64,000 bases of DNA, taken from Octopus bimaculoides. Its lineage: Eukaryota. The position numbers were made by a program, and so were the translations under genes. Under the pieces are notes generated by a model that saw nothing but the letters and a program-made list of their open reading frames with translations, had not been told where the DNA came from and did not search any database. Positions 39,373-52,363 of the stretch are shown here, piece by piece. The stretch is from the NCBI RefSeq assembly GCF_001194135.2, contig NC_068981.1, forward strand, positions 21,529,354 to 21,593,353, read 5' to 3'. Numbering within the stretch: the first letter of the stretch is position 1; the number at the start of each line of letters is the position of its first letter.

Positions 39373-40030
39373 GGACTGGTAAGCCAGTCGGCTGCACCAG
39401 GCTCCAATCTTACCGAGCAGTGTTTCTACAGTTGGATGCTTTTCCTAACGCCAACCACTCTGTGAGTGTAGTGGGTGCTTTTTATGTGCCACCAGCATGG
39501 GAGCCACTCGGGAGCACTGGCATTGACCAAGTTTGGATGGTGCATTTTATGTGCCACCGGCATGGAAGCCAGGCTGGTGGCATGGGCTACAGCTATAATT
39601 TTGATTTCAATTTTACTGAACTCAATAGCTCTTCTCAAGCATATCATATCACCTGACACTTCAAGTGTACTTTTAAATTGGCCAATCATGCAACACTTGC
39701 ATCGGCCCATGACTGCGATCTCACTTTACTTGCCAGGTCTTCTCAATCACAGCATATCTCCAAAGGTCTCAGTCTCTTGTCATTGCCTCTGTGAGGCCAA
39801 ACATTCAAAGGTCATGCTTCACCACCTCATCCCATGTCTTCCTGAGTTTACCTCTTCCTTCTGCTATTAGGGTGTGGCACTTCCTCATACAGTTGTCTTC
39901 ATCCATACATAACACATGACCATACCAGTGCAGTCATCTCTCTTGCACACCACATCTGATGCTTCTTATGTCCAACTTTTCTCTCAGGGTAGTTACACTC
40001 TGTCATGTATGCACACTGACATTACACTTT
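39313..40030 (-). mobile_element. RTE LINE 3' fragment (ORF2 end plus UTR)
   Basis: LREKLDIRSIRCGVQER.LHWYGHV...RKTWDEVVKHDL translation followed by the tail. Confidence 0.9.
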
Positions 40031-40812
40031 GGAAGTCATTTGATGAATTATTATAGATGTTTACAGTTTCCGTTTGCATTGCCTCCATTCAGATTATTAA
40101 CCGGTATATGTATGTATGTATGTACACACGTACGTACGTACATTTGCTCCCTATTTTCCAACAGCTTCTAGTCGCTGATGTTACCAAAGGGAAGCAATAT
40201 TATGGTTAAAGATGTGAAATTGCTGAGATCCTTTGGATGATAACTGATGAGGATTGGCAGCATTGTGTGTGTTTTCCATTTCTTTCCTTTTGTTTGTGCT
40301 TATATATATTGTGTGTTTTTTACATACATACGTATGCTGCCGTAGACGAGCTGCAAGGAAAGCAAGAGTCCCACTGGGTCCTCACACTGATATTATGTGC
40401 CTTCATTGAAACCATGGGTTTCATGCCAAAATTGGTATAATAAACCACCTTAGGACCCACATGTAAAGCTGATAACCTAGTCATCTTCATGAAGGGCAAA
40501 CCTAATAATATATAAGCAATTAGATCCTATGTGCTATGCAGAGTAGCCTTCTTGACATCATCCTTGTCCAGTTATTTTTCTCCTTTTCAACAGTTTCATC
40601 CCGAAGACCTCCTTCACCATTCTATATTGTCATTACTAGTGTTCAGTGTAAACACCATAACCTATCCTTGTTCGCAAAATTGTCTGGTCAAATACATGTT
40701 CAATTCACTTGTGTGAAACTCTGAGTAACATTGGAGTAAACCACTGTTATGCTGTAAATATTCATTCTACATCATGTATTGCATGCTCTTTTCTTTCATT
40801 TGTGTATGTGTA

Positions 40813-40847
<35 letters not shown>

Positions 40848-40888
40848 TACACACACATAGCAGGATACTCTAATTTTTCTACTTATAG

Positions 40889-41031
40889 CTTACTTGATCC
40901 CAGTCAATCAAGACAATATGAAAACTTCAAGAAGTCCTATTCCAATATTTTACATAAATGCCAACTGTTTAATAAATCAGCTGAAGTACAGAAACACATG
41001 GCTGTTCTTCCAGAACAGAAGTCTACATTAG
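40889..41031 (+). CDS. WDR59: WDR59 exon (phase 2-1): LLDPSQSRQYENFKKSYSNILHKCQLFNKSAEVQKHMAVLPEQKSTL
   Basis: tttttctacttatag|...TTAG|gtgagg; matches vertebrate LLDPANTQQFDDFKKCYGEILYRWGLREKRAEVLK (recalled). Confidence 0.95.
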
Positions 41032-41444
41032 GTGAGGAATTTTGATACTTACTCAGTTATTTGTGTAATGTGATTTGGTATATATAATCGTGTGTGTGTG
41101 TGTGCAGAAGTATAATTTAAGACTGTGGCCATTCTATCTTTTATCTTTCTAGCAGTGTACACCTATGATCACATCATCTAGCGTGACCTTCCTTTCTAAA
41201 GACTGTAGGGTATAATTCAAAGAGAATTCAACTGCTTTTGCATATGTGCAAAAGATGTTAAATTTCGTTATTCAGTAAAGTTAGCAAAAGAGAAATAAAT
41301 TCTCTTCAAATTTAATGTTTCAAACATAAGATTCTTGTATTCCCATAACAGGACTATCAGGTGCTTAATTTCAGGTTTATATGCAACAAAACTGGAAACA
41401 ACTTAATTCATACCTGATAATTGTGTGTGTGTGTGTGTGTTTAG

Positions 41445-41820
41445 GCACAAGTGTTGCTTAAACAAGTAAGAAGTTTGCTTCCTGGCCAGATGGTTATGGT
41501 GGCCTCAGTCTCCCAGTGTGGCACCTTGGGCAAGCTTTTCAAGCCCTAAGCCACCTTGTGATTGAATTTGGTAGACAGAAACTGTATGGAAGCCTGTCAC
41601 GTGTGTGTGTGTGTAGATGGATGGATGGATGGATGGATGTGAGTGAGTGTGTGTGTGTTGACAGTTGGTGTTGATTTGTTTACATCCCTATAACTTGGCA
41701 GTTCAGCAAAAGAGACCAATAGAGACAAATAGTCTTTAAAAGGATATGTACTGAGGTTGATCTGTTCAACCGAAAACCTTGAAGGCAGTGCCCTTCAACA
41801 TGGCTACAGTCGAATGATGA
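41445..41820 (+). mobile_element. tRNA-derived SINE family A (degraded)
   Basis: gtaagaagtttgcttcc...ggcaccttgggcaag core. Confidence 0.75.
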
Positions 41821-43678
41821 AAATTTGATGAATATTGCATAGCTTTCTCTGAGTGGATTTTTATCTGCAGATGGCTATATCCTGATCATTAACCTCATGC
41901 TGAGGCTATTGTGACAGGTCAATTGCTTTGTAATGGTCATCGTTCTCATGTGACAATGTTGGTGGCTGATTAAGCATATGACTTCTATGGAACTATGAAA
42001 AGCAAGAAATAACAGAAAATCTTTGTTTTTCTAGATTAACGTGCAACTTTTATCAATAGAGACAATCAGTTTTTGAGCTAAATTTGATATTTTATGAATT
42101 GTCAAGTGTCCCCAGTGCTGTAAGAATCAACAACTTGACATGTGAACCACTACAGCCTGTTATTGGAACTTACTGGTGGTGCCATGTATTTCCTGTCACA
42201 CTGTATACTGTTTAATTACAGGAAAATGTAATTATTTTGCATTTTTACAACATTTCATAATTAAACTTTAATATTTAGCACCCATGCTATTTAAATATTC
42301 TCAAAACTATGTCGAAGAAAGGGAATAAAATATTTTCTCAAATCATGATAATGTACACTAGTGGTACATGTGACAGTTAATGTGTTAATATTAGATTTAT
42401 TGTGGCCTTTATATTTTGGATAAATAAATCTAAAAGGATGCTTATTACCCTTTTGTATAACAATTTTTCTGTCTGTTAATCTCCATTAATCAAAGTGTAT
42501 CTTTTGAACTGTTTTGTCATTGCATGTGTTTCCATGTTTCTTCTTTGTCTCTGCCTATCTCTTTACAATGACAATTTAGTCAAAATACTAAATTATTTAT
42601 ATATGAGATCATAACAGATCAGTTGAGAGGTATTGGGAGTTATTGCTTATATTTTTCAGGTGTTCCTTGCCAGTTACTTTTCAACAGAAATAAACCTTTG
42701 GTCAAAAATTCCTCTGATTTTGGTAGGATCCTTGCCTACATTTAATGCTCATTGCAGCATCCCACACTGCATCACTGTGTTATCCCTAATATTCTAATAC
42801 TGAGATATAGTTTCTGAACCTCAGTTTAGATTCCTTTACAAAACTGTTCAAAATTGACCTGTACACCACTAGTCATTTCAGATTCTTGCAAAAGTTCCTA
42901 CAGCACTGATCATTTCAGGTTTTCGCCTCCTTAGCACCTCCTCTTCTACTGGTCATTTCAAATCTTCACTTCAGCTCCTCCTACACTCCTGTTCACCCAT
43001 CACAGTGACAAGGACTGTCTAATTGACCTTAGGGATGACTGATGTGTTACACGGTGAATTTGTTTAAAGTGAAGAAGAGTTTCACACCATCAATCTCACT
43101 CCCTCTCTCTCTCTTGTCTGTAACCAACTTCAGTCCATTGGCAAGACTAGGTCAAGACAACTGAGGATGGAAATGGTTGCAGTGACTGACCAAGATGTCT
43201 TAGTTGCCTTTTTTTGTTTTCTGCTGCAATGCAGAAGTTGCTACAGCCATCTTCCTCACTGCTGAGCCATGAAGGCTTCTTCAGCTGAGTCCACCAAATC
43301 CAGTCTTCACATCCATAGGTAGGCAAGCCTTAATATGCTAATCAACCCCAGAGCTTGGACTGTAACAGGTGCTTCTGGTCCAGATCAGGATAAATCTGGA
43401 AACAATAGTGGTTAAGAGGTGGTTCCACACTCCTCAAAACCCTGAAAATCTTGAACCAGGATCCTGCTACTGGGTGCAGTTTAAAGTCATGCTCAGGACA
43501 TACCTTTTACTTTTATGGTTATTTAAAACCCTTGCTTCAGCTCCTCCTATTCTGCTGGTCATTTAAAACTTTCTCTTCACTTCCTCTTATACCACTGCTC
43601 ATTTTAGACTCTTAAACACCTTACACCCAACTGTACATATTCACAGTACAATTCACACAATATATATATATATATATG

Positions 43679-43730
<52 letters not shown>

Positions 43731-43992
43731 TAAATGATAGGATTGCTTCAATATTTCAGGGGTAGTCTGAAGTATCTAAGCAACCAGGGGATTTAGTTTA
43801 TTTCTCCATTCTCCACATAATCATATGTATATATATATATATTTCCCCATTATACATTATACATTATATACACTTCACCTCTTTATATGCAACAGTACAG
43901 CACTGTACACAGGACACCTATGTATACATCACTATACAATCCTTTCCACTATACACACCACACCATTATATGCACCTCACCAATCTATATAC

Positions 43993-45041
43993 AGATAAGA
44001 AAAAATTTGTGAAATAAGATAAAATTTGCCAATGTTCTGCACCATGAGGACCAAAGATTTGAGGTATTTCTTGTTGCAAGACAGTGTGTGAAAGAGATGC
44101 CATAGGAGATAAATCGTGATGTCATAGGAGAGAAATGTGTCTGCATGGATGATGGTACACTTGCACTAAACAAGGCTGCAAACAGAGAGGTTTGGAGACT
44201 CCACTCTGAAAGGTTGCTCAATAAAGAGAATGAATGGGAGAAAGAGAGTCTGCCGAATGTCGACCCAACAGAGGGACCAGCTATCCGATTTGACAGTACC
44301 ATGGTAGATAAAGCAATTAAGAGTATGAAGACAGGGAAAGCCCCCAGCCCATCAGGAATCACTGCAGAGATGCTCAAAATATCTGGCAGTGTCGGCTATA
44401 GCCTAGTCACCCATATTGTTAACCAGGTGATACACGAAGGAGTCATACCCAATGACTGGTGTAGCAGCACCATAGTCAACTGCTACAAAGGTAAAGGTGA
44501 CGCTTTAGATACAAATAATTACAGAGGTATNNNNNNNNNNNNNNNNNNNNNNNNNNNNNNNNNNNNNNNNNNNNNNNNNNNNNNNNNNNNNNNNNNNNNN
44601 NNNNNNNNNNNNNNNNNNNNNNNNNNNNNNNNNNNNNNNNNNNNNNNNNNNNNNNNNNNNNNNNNNNNNNNNNNNNNNNNNNNNNNNNNNNNNNNNNNNN
44701 NNNNNNNNNNNNNNNNNNNNNNNNNNNNNNNNNNNNNNNNNNNNNNNNNNNNNNNNNNNNNNNNNNNNNNNNNNNNNNNNNNNNNNNNNNNNNNNNNNNN
44801 NNNNNTACCTAGCCAAGGATAAACCTCTGTACCTGGCTTTTGTTGACATGGAGAAAGCCTTTGACAGGGTCCCCCGATCCCTTATCTGGTGGTCAATGAG
44901 GAAACTAAGGATAGAAGAATGGTTAGTGAGAACTGTGCGAGCCATGTACAGAGACACTGTCAGTAAGGTGAGGGTTGGCAACGAGTACAGTGAAGAATTC
45001 TGGGTAGAGGTAGGGGTCCACCAAGGTTTAATCCTCAGGCC
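43993..45041 (+). mobile_element. Internal RTE ORF2 fragment (pre-RT to RT domain), interrupted by an N gap and flanked by 115-bp direct repeats
   Basis: KAIKSMKTGKAPSPSGITAEMLK...YKGKGDALDTNNYRG and YLAFVDMEKAFDRVPR...VGVHQG; repeats at 43878-43992 and 45042-45156. Confidence 0.92.
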
Positions 45042-45540
45042 CCTCTTTATATGCAACAATACAGCACTGTACACTGGACACCTATGTACACATCACTATA
45101 CATTCCTTTCCACTATACACACCACACCATTATATGCACCTCACCAATCTATATACCATGCAGTTGTACACATCACTGTGCACAGGGTGCTCTGTACATA
45201 CGACAAATCAGTGTAAAGGTTAAAGGTCATACATTCATCACTAAAATATTAAAGGTCACAGTTCAGATGTGATATTAAGCACAGGGTCAGTATTAGTGTA
45301 TTTTCCCCTTCTATTCCCTGTAAGTCCTGTTTAGATGTGTTCAAGAACATGTCAATGTCAGGTAATGGCAAATTGTTGGATGTCAGATTTCATCTGAAAG
45401 CACAAGCATGCACGTGCACGCACACACACTAACACACACACACACACACACACTTTCACTCTTTCTCCGTCTCTTTCTTATCCCCACTCTCTCTTATACA
45501 GTGTTACTTTGATAACATTCCTTTTACATTATACTTTCAG

Positions 45541-45648
45541 AATTCAAAGCCGTTTGTCATTATTGTCTTCATGAAACAAAAGGCCCTCAATGTGATAACT
45601 GCCACAAGGTGGCTTTGCAGTGTGCAGTCTGCCAAATTGGAGTACGAG
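45541..45648 (+). CDS. WDR59: WDR59 exon (phase 1-1): (E)FKAVCHYCLHETKGPQCDNCHKVALQCAVCQIGVR
   Basis: atactttcag|...CGAG|gtaata; C-x2-C pairs of the C-terminal zinc finger/RING. Confidence 0.96.
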
Positions 45649-46825
45649 GTAATAACTAATATTTGTTGTTCCGTAATATTCCTAAGACAAAAACAATTGG
45701 TTGTTACAAATTATACTGCTCTCGCACCTGGGAAAAAAATCACGTTGTGTAAGAATTAATGGTTTAATTAATAAAATTGTAATTGATTTCCTTTTAGATC
45801 CTTTAGAAATCTTAAGTCGTTTCCACAGTCTCTAAATTATTTATAAAGATCATTTATCAGAAATGTTCTGTATTTAAATTTACTCTCGCAACACACTTTT
45901 CTTTTATTCTTCATTAAGAAATCTTTAGTAAAAATCTTCAGGAATTAAGAAAATGTACTTAAGAAATTGAGAAATTAATCCAAAACATCTCATGAAAAAT
46001 TTGAGCAATTTGAAAGGTGCTTTTTATACTGAAGAATAAAGAACACTGTGTCAATTGAATGTGGTGTAAGCGTAAAACATGACATCATGTTTGCTAAAAC
46101 CACTCAGCCACAATCTATTAAGGGAAGTCCTTTGTAATTATTCATCTTAAAAAAGGAGGTACTCATTAGATAAAGTGAAAAAAAGAGACAAAATGTGGCA
46201 GTGGGAATGTCTTTGATTATAGATTTGCTAGAAACAGTACTGACCTGGGCCTCGATAACAATTTTAGGCTAAAAAACAAAAATGTTTTCAATGTTTAGTG
46301 AGTATTAATGATTTGTTTCAAGACTGATCACCCGAACCCCTTGGAACTCACAATATACTCAACTAGAGTAAGAGAATGTCTTTCTTCTGTTTCTTCAAAT
46401 ATGAATATTGTTATGATTCAGTTTTGTCCAGTAACAAAAAGCAAGAGAAATAATTGAGAAGGTCATCATGAGATTCTCTTCAATTAACTACATCAGTTTG
46501 ATGTATCTAACAGAAGCAGTATTAGATTAAAATAGCCATCAGTGTATTGTACTTAATGCAGATACATTGTGATAGGCAAATTAACTTCAGTATTTGTCCA
46601 GAGATGATATCTCCTATGGATGTACTGTTTAAAAACACAAAAATATATCATGTGCAGATGATAATCATCCAGCAGCAGCAGTGAGATGTTAGATGCACAT
46701 TTCTGCCTCATTGAGCTTTGTCAGTAGCATTTACCCACTGCCAGTCACATTGTTTTTAAACACAGTGCATCCATATAGGATATTATCCCCTAACAAATAC
46801 CAGTGTTTAATTTGCCTTTTGCATA

Positions 46826-47030
46826 CATCATCATCATCATCTTCATCATTGTTTAACGTCCATTTTCCATGCTGGCATGGATTGGATGGTTTGACTGAGG
46901 TCTGGAAAGCCAGTGGCTGCACCTGGCTCCAATCTGATCTGGCAATGTTTCTACAGCTGGATGCCCTTCCTAATGCCAACCACTCTGAGAATGTAGTGGG
47001 TACTTTTTATGTGCCACTGGCACAGGAGCC
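46826..47030 (-). mobile_element. RTE 3' UTR/tail copy
   Basis: (cat)n-gtttaacgtccattttccatgctggcatggg. Confidence 0.9.
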
Positions 47031-47076
47031 AGTCAGGCAATACACAAATGGCTAATTACATTAGTGTTAATTCACA

Positions 47077-47375
47077 GTGAAGGTGCCCGGCTTAGTAGGT
47101 AGGATATTCAACTCAAGATTGTAAAGTTATGGGTTTGGATTCTTGCAGTGCATTGTGTGCTTGAACAAGACATTTTATTCTTGGTTGCTCCAGTTCACTC
47201 AGCTGGTAAAATGAATTATACCTGTTCTTCCTTGTCATGTTCTATGTCATGCTGAATCTCCATAAGAACTACATTCAAGGTTTGCATATCTGTGGAGTGC
47301 TCAGCCACTTGCACATTAATTTCACAAGCAGGTTGTTCTGTTGACCAAATCACTGGAAACACTCTTCGTAATAAC
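47077..47375 (+). mobile_element. tRNA-derived SINE family C (degraded)
   Basis: gtgaagg head, ttgctccagttcactcagctgg core; ends ~100 bp before the last WDR59 acceptor. Confidence 0.8.
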
Positions 47376-47479
47376 CAACAGAAAGCCAGGCCAATTCACA
47401 CCATTTTGTTTTTTAATTTTAATTCACTTCAGCTTTCAATTCAATTATTCTTGTCTGATTTTCGTTCAATTTCTTGCAG

Positions 47480-47616
47480 GTTCTGCCAGTTTCTGTTTAG
47501 TCTGTGGTCATGGAGGTCACACATTACACATGTCGCATTGGTTCCTCTCGTATTCGCAGTGTCCCAGTGGTTGTGGTTGCCTATGTATTGAAAGAAATTT
47601 AATTGAAGCTCTCTGA
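47480..47616 (+). CDS. WDR59: WDR59 terminal coding exon: (G)SASFCLVCGHGGHTLHMSHWFLSYSQCPSGCGCLCIERNLIEAL*
   Basis: atttcttgcag| acceptor; diagnostic GATOR2 RING matching WDR59 GSSNFCLTCGHGGHTSHMMEWF....CPTGCGCHC. Confidence 0.97.
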
Positions 47617-47666
47617 GTTACTACTTCTGCACTTTTTATTATCACAAATTGTTGTTTGATTTCCAC

Positions 47667-47672
47667 AATAAA
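47667..47672 (+). terminator. Candidate WDR59 polyadenylation signal AATAAA
   Basis: First AATAAA ~50 nt after the stop codon, followed by T/GT-rich sequence. Confidence 0.5.
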
Positions 47673-48799
47673 CCTTTAGTTTTTAATTTTTGTTTTGCTT
47701 CTTGGTTTATTTTGTTTTCTTTCATTCTGTTATTGAGAAAAACCGGTTTCTCAAAGACAACTGTGGTCTACTGAGTGAAACAGTTAAAAGGATAGCTGTT
47801 ATTGTTTTGTGACCCAGGTCAAACAATTGTTATTGTCACAAATGTAATTTAAGATCTGCTAAGCATTACAAAGAATGTTAGATACTTTCTATTCTGTTAC
47901 TTAAGTTCATATTTGACCCAATTTGTTTCAAATTTTAGCATTTTTAGGGGAAGGGTGTTGTTGATTACATTGGCCATGGTACTTGACTGGTACTTTATTT
48001 TCTTAACCCCAGGCAACATTGACTTTGGCAGTATTTGAACTGATAATGTAAAAATCCAGAAGTAATGCCATTCTGTATTTTGTCTGGCTCAGTAGTGATT
48101 CTACCAGCTTTCTGCCTTTATGCACGAAGAGAGGAAATGTCATCATCAAACCCTTGCAGCTATTGTTCAGGGTCACTTTCAGTGGCCTCAGGGTCATGGG
48201 ATCTGCCTTTCTTGTATTGGTTTTGTCAGTTACATCTGCTCCCATGTGCTGGAAGCAGAGGAGGATGAATGTCTTGGATTGACACTGTCATCACCTTTGA
48301 TGAGCTGTCATAAGCAAGTAAAATTAAACGGATAAATCAAGAAGAAATTTTTCTCTACATTGTGGTCAGTATTTGGCTGTATTTTGTACTCTGTGATAGT
48401 CACTAACAGCTACTGTATCCACTGTTTCTATCAAGCCTGTGTATGGTCACTTGACCTGCTAGAAATAATAGCTAAGTCTTTTCCTTAGATTACAGCTTTA
48501 CTGTCTTAAAAGAGGAAGAACATACAAAATAATGTAGTCCTTGAAATGCCAAATGAAAAAGAAGGGAAGGTCACAGCTAGAATGTCTTTGATCACAGTTT
48601 AGCTGGATCAAAGTTGACTTCGTATACATAATGTCATTATAACTTGTAATAACTACTTATCATCAATTCTATTATAATTACCAATAACTACTATTATCAC
48701 TAAATCAAACTACTATAATCACCAAAAATTACTATAAACACCAATAACTATTATAACTACGAATATTTATGCAGTCTATGATCACTAATATTTTTATTA

Positions 48800-49190
48800 G
48801 TCAGAAGTGAAGGAAGAGGGACTGTGGTTATGACCTTTGCAGGTCATCCCAGACTGGTGAGAGTGAGGAGGCTGGTAGGCTTAAATAGAGAGTACCTACA
48901 GCGAGCCATCACAGAGGATCAGAAGCTGTTGTAGTAATGACAGAAGAGGTAAGAAAAAGAAACACCACAACTGTGAGTTAGTGGTTGCAGGGTTTTGTGA
49001 GTGAAACTTTGCCAGTCTGTCAAATTACTTGTCTTTTGGATGTTGTTGCCTGTTTGTGTGTTTAGCTATAGCATTGTTCTATACATGTGAGCAGTACTCC
49101 AATGTAGGTCTTGAACATTGTTGAGAGTTAACAACTGATCAGAACTGGAGTATTGGTGGAGACCCTAAAGAGAAGGTCCCTTTTTTGCAA
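48800..49190 (-). mobile_element. Degraded CR1/L2-like LINE 3' fragment
   Basis: RPTLEYCSHV motif on the reverse strand. Confidence 0.6.
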
Positions 49191-49254
49191 TACAGTTTTA
49201 TTGTACAATGCACTATGATTATCAAATAACTAACATGGCTAACAATAATAAATA

Positions 49255-49572
49255 TTGGCACTCCATTGGTTATGACAATGAGGGTACCATTTGATCCGAT
49301 CAGTGGAACAGCCTGCTCATGAAATTAATATGCAAGTGGCTGAGCACTCCACAGACATGCATACCTTTAACATAGTTCTCAGGGAGATTCAGCATGACAC
49401 ACTGTGACAAGGCTGAATGTGACAGATATTACACATTTTTGCCAGCTGAGTGGACTGGAGCAACATGAAAAATAGTGTCTTGCTCAAGGATACAATGCAC
49501 TGCCAGGTATCAAACTCACAATCTTATGATTGCGAGCTGAATACCCTAACCACTGAGCCATGTGCCTTCACA
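49255..49572 (-). mobile_element. tRNA-derived SINE family C
   Basis: Same family as 966-1297. Confidence 0.85.
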
Positions 49573-49629
49573 TGATAATATTAGCCATTAAAGATTCCTA
49601 TAAATATCTTAGATGTTATATTTTTATGC

Positions 49630-49930
49630 ATGTATGGTTGTGTGGTTAAGGAGCTTACTTCTCAACTGTGTGGTCTTGGGTTCAGTCCCACTGTATGGAA
49701 CCTTTGGTAAGTGTCTTCTAAGATAGACCCAAGCTGACCAAAGTTTGGCAAATGGATTTTTTTAGATGGAAATTGAAAGGATGAAAGTATGTGTGTGTAT
49801 GTATTTATATGTGTGTATATACATTTAAATGTATGTATGTAGATAGAGAGGTGGATATATATTTGTGTGTTTGTGTATACCCTTGTCTAGATGTCACATG
49901 ATGGTAGTAAATGAGCATCATCGCCACCCA
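49630..49930 (+). mobile_element. tRNA-derived SINE family A (degraded)
   Basis: tggttgtgtggttaaggag...gggttcagtcccactg head. Confidence 0.75.
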
Positions 49931-51859
49931 GGTAATTTTGTTCACTTACCAGTCTTCCACAAAAAGCATGTCTGGCTACAGGAAAATGTTACCTTGGTAA
50001 CAAGTGAGGGTTGGTAATTGGAAAGGCATCCAGCCATAGAAAATCTACCTCAACAAATTCTGTTTGACCCTGGAAAGTATGACTAAGTGAACATTAAGTG
50101 GTTGTCATGATGGTGAGGATGGTGATAATAGTAATGATGATTGTTGCCTATAACTACTTTGATTAAATATGAGAGTATGGGCATCACCATCTGAGAAAAA
50201 AATGTATTGTTACCAGTGGCAGCTTGCAGATAAAATTTGTAGGGGTGCTACTTCAGAAAATATAATATTGTGCAAAAGGAAACAAGCGTATAAAAAGAAA
50301 ATTTATACATAAACTTGATTGGTTGGCTTTTTAGCCACTGCCTGGTAGTGTGTTTAATTTGTTCACTGATCACTGCCGTGAATTCCCCCTTGTTTTTCAA
50401 AAGTCCCCCCTAAATCACAAAATAAGGTGGGGAAATGTGCCCTATTTTTCAAATCCTGGCAGCAACACTAAAGCTGGAAGCTGGATAATAATCTAGTTCT
50501 ACACTTTATCACATTCAAGAATATAAACGCGTTTTTAAGCACAACACATGCAGAGTCAAAAAGAAACACTACCTTTCACCCAGCACTGTCGTTTACACAG
50601 TGCTCTCTCTCCCTAGTGTGAAGCTTCTTATCTCGGACATCAGCATGCGCACAACAGCCAAAAACCACATCACTGGAACTGTGAAGTGCACAGTTCTATA
50701 CAAGGAGTTTTGTATTTTTTCATGAGCTAGGGGATGGCCACTGACATTAAGCTTAAGAATTATAAAATGTACAAGTATAAAGAAAGAATTAAAGGAAAAA
50801 AGGACTCATTATATTGAATGTTATCGATAATATTGAGTTGAAATAGGGAATGCTGCAGTTCTGCAGTTCCTATACACGAGCTGCCACATAGCTATGTAAT
50901 GAATGTATTTCTATTGTATTGACTTTCCCATGTTAATTGATGTTATTTTCCACATAAACATGTTGAATAAGTCTTATATAGCCTGTTAAGTAGAAATGAG
51001 TCGTGAATTTATTATGTAAATGGAATCTTAATATGTCTTTTCACTAAAAGTGAAAAAAGAAACATTACAAATATTTGCTTCCAAATAAAATATTTATACT
51101 TCTTAGCTTGAATAGTTTCTAGTGTGTGGAGAAGGAGGATGGTAAGAGGTCTTGGCTCAAACATTTTGCTGACTAACTAAATGTTGACGTTTTGACGTTT
51201 CTATTGTTCTTTTCCTCTTTCCTGCCCTCTTTTCATTTTGTCTCTGTCTGTCACTGTCTCTCTCTGTCTCTCTATCTATCTATCTGTCTCTTTCTCTTTA
51301 TATGTGGGAACATATTTCTCTGTGTATATGATGAGAAAGCAAGTGTTTGTCAATTGCCTTTCAATTATTTAATTGTAATCTTCCCCCCCCCTCTCTCTCA
51401 CTCTCTCTCCCCTCTGTCTGTTTGTGTATATTTCTACACATGTATATTTACTTCCAGTGTCACAAAGTACTGTTACTAAAACAGGTTCAATGTCCGGTCA
51501 GCCAGGTCAAATCACCAGCACCAAAACAGCCATGTCCAATCATCTCATTTTAGTTTCTGGGTCATTCAAGCAAACAAATATAAATAAATGTTTGACCCAT
51601 TGCAAAATCTAGAGAATATTAGGGAAAAATTACATTTACCATAAATCACAGAATGTAGACTGCATAGTACAAGTAACAATAGTTTTGAGATATTTTAGAT
51701 CAAAGAGTAAAAGTTTGGATGGGACAGAAAACAGTTTTTAGGGTTTCAGAATAAAAATTGAGGCCAGTTTTATTTAAGTAGAAAAGAATCAAGGAGCAGG
51801 TAGCTTACCAATCAATATTTTCCCCCAAGAGAATGGGAGCATGAAATACTTGACATAAG

Positions 51860-52200
51860 CTGTGGTGAAATGAATATGTCGGGCACATGCCCAACTTCAG
51901 GCACCCTCAACAGATTTCTTTTGGTGAGGCAGCAATAGGCTTTCAGTCACATGGTGAACCAAAGAGGAGATAGAAAGACACTCTGAAGAGGATCTTGAAG
52001 AAATGCGACTTAGAACAGACTACTTGGGCTATGGTTTGTCATGTTCAAGATAGCTCATTGTGGCTCTAAGAATTAGAAATGACCAGAGAAGAGGTATGCA
52101 TGGAAAGCAAGAGTTCCACTGAGGCCTGATCCTGCTATTATGTGCCCCCACTGTAACTGTGGATTTTATGCTAATATTGGCCTAATAAGCCACCTCAGGA
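51860..52200 (+). mobile_element. RTE LINE C-terminal fragment with CCHH-like finger
   Basis: YVGHMPNFRHPQQI.FGE...KRR.KDTLK..LKKCD and CPHCNCGFYANIGLISHLR. Confidence 0.75.
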
Positions 52201-52337
52201 GTTTCAAAGAGTAAAGATGCTAATCTGGTTATCTTCAGAGACATGAAGAATGAACACTATATTAGTGTAAGTGAAGTGAAATAGCTTCACTTTTTTGTTG
52301 ATCTCTTAATGTGGGCTCAACTGACTGGGACTTTCTC

Positions 52338-52363
52338 TCACGAAACAGCAGCAGCACCAACAA
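52338..52363 (-). CDS. Tentative last coding exon of an unidentified - strand gene: (V)VGAAAVS*
   Basis: Strong acceptor atttttatgtttgcag|; phase fits exon 52859-52887. Linkage is inferred only. Confidence 0.25.

Noticed and set aside
50214-50742. Possible DNA transposon with cagtggc / gccactg ends
   Set aside because: The terminal match is only ~7 bp and no TSD was found.
51818-51868. Possible - strand exon AYVKYFMLPFSWGKILI
   Set aside because: Its acceptor lies within the antisense of a decayed RTE fragment, so the splice-like signals are probably coincidental.
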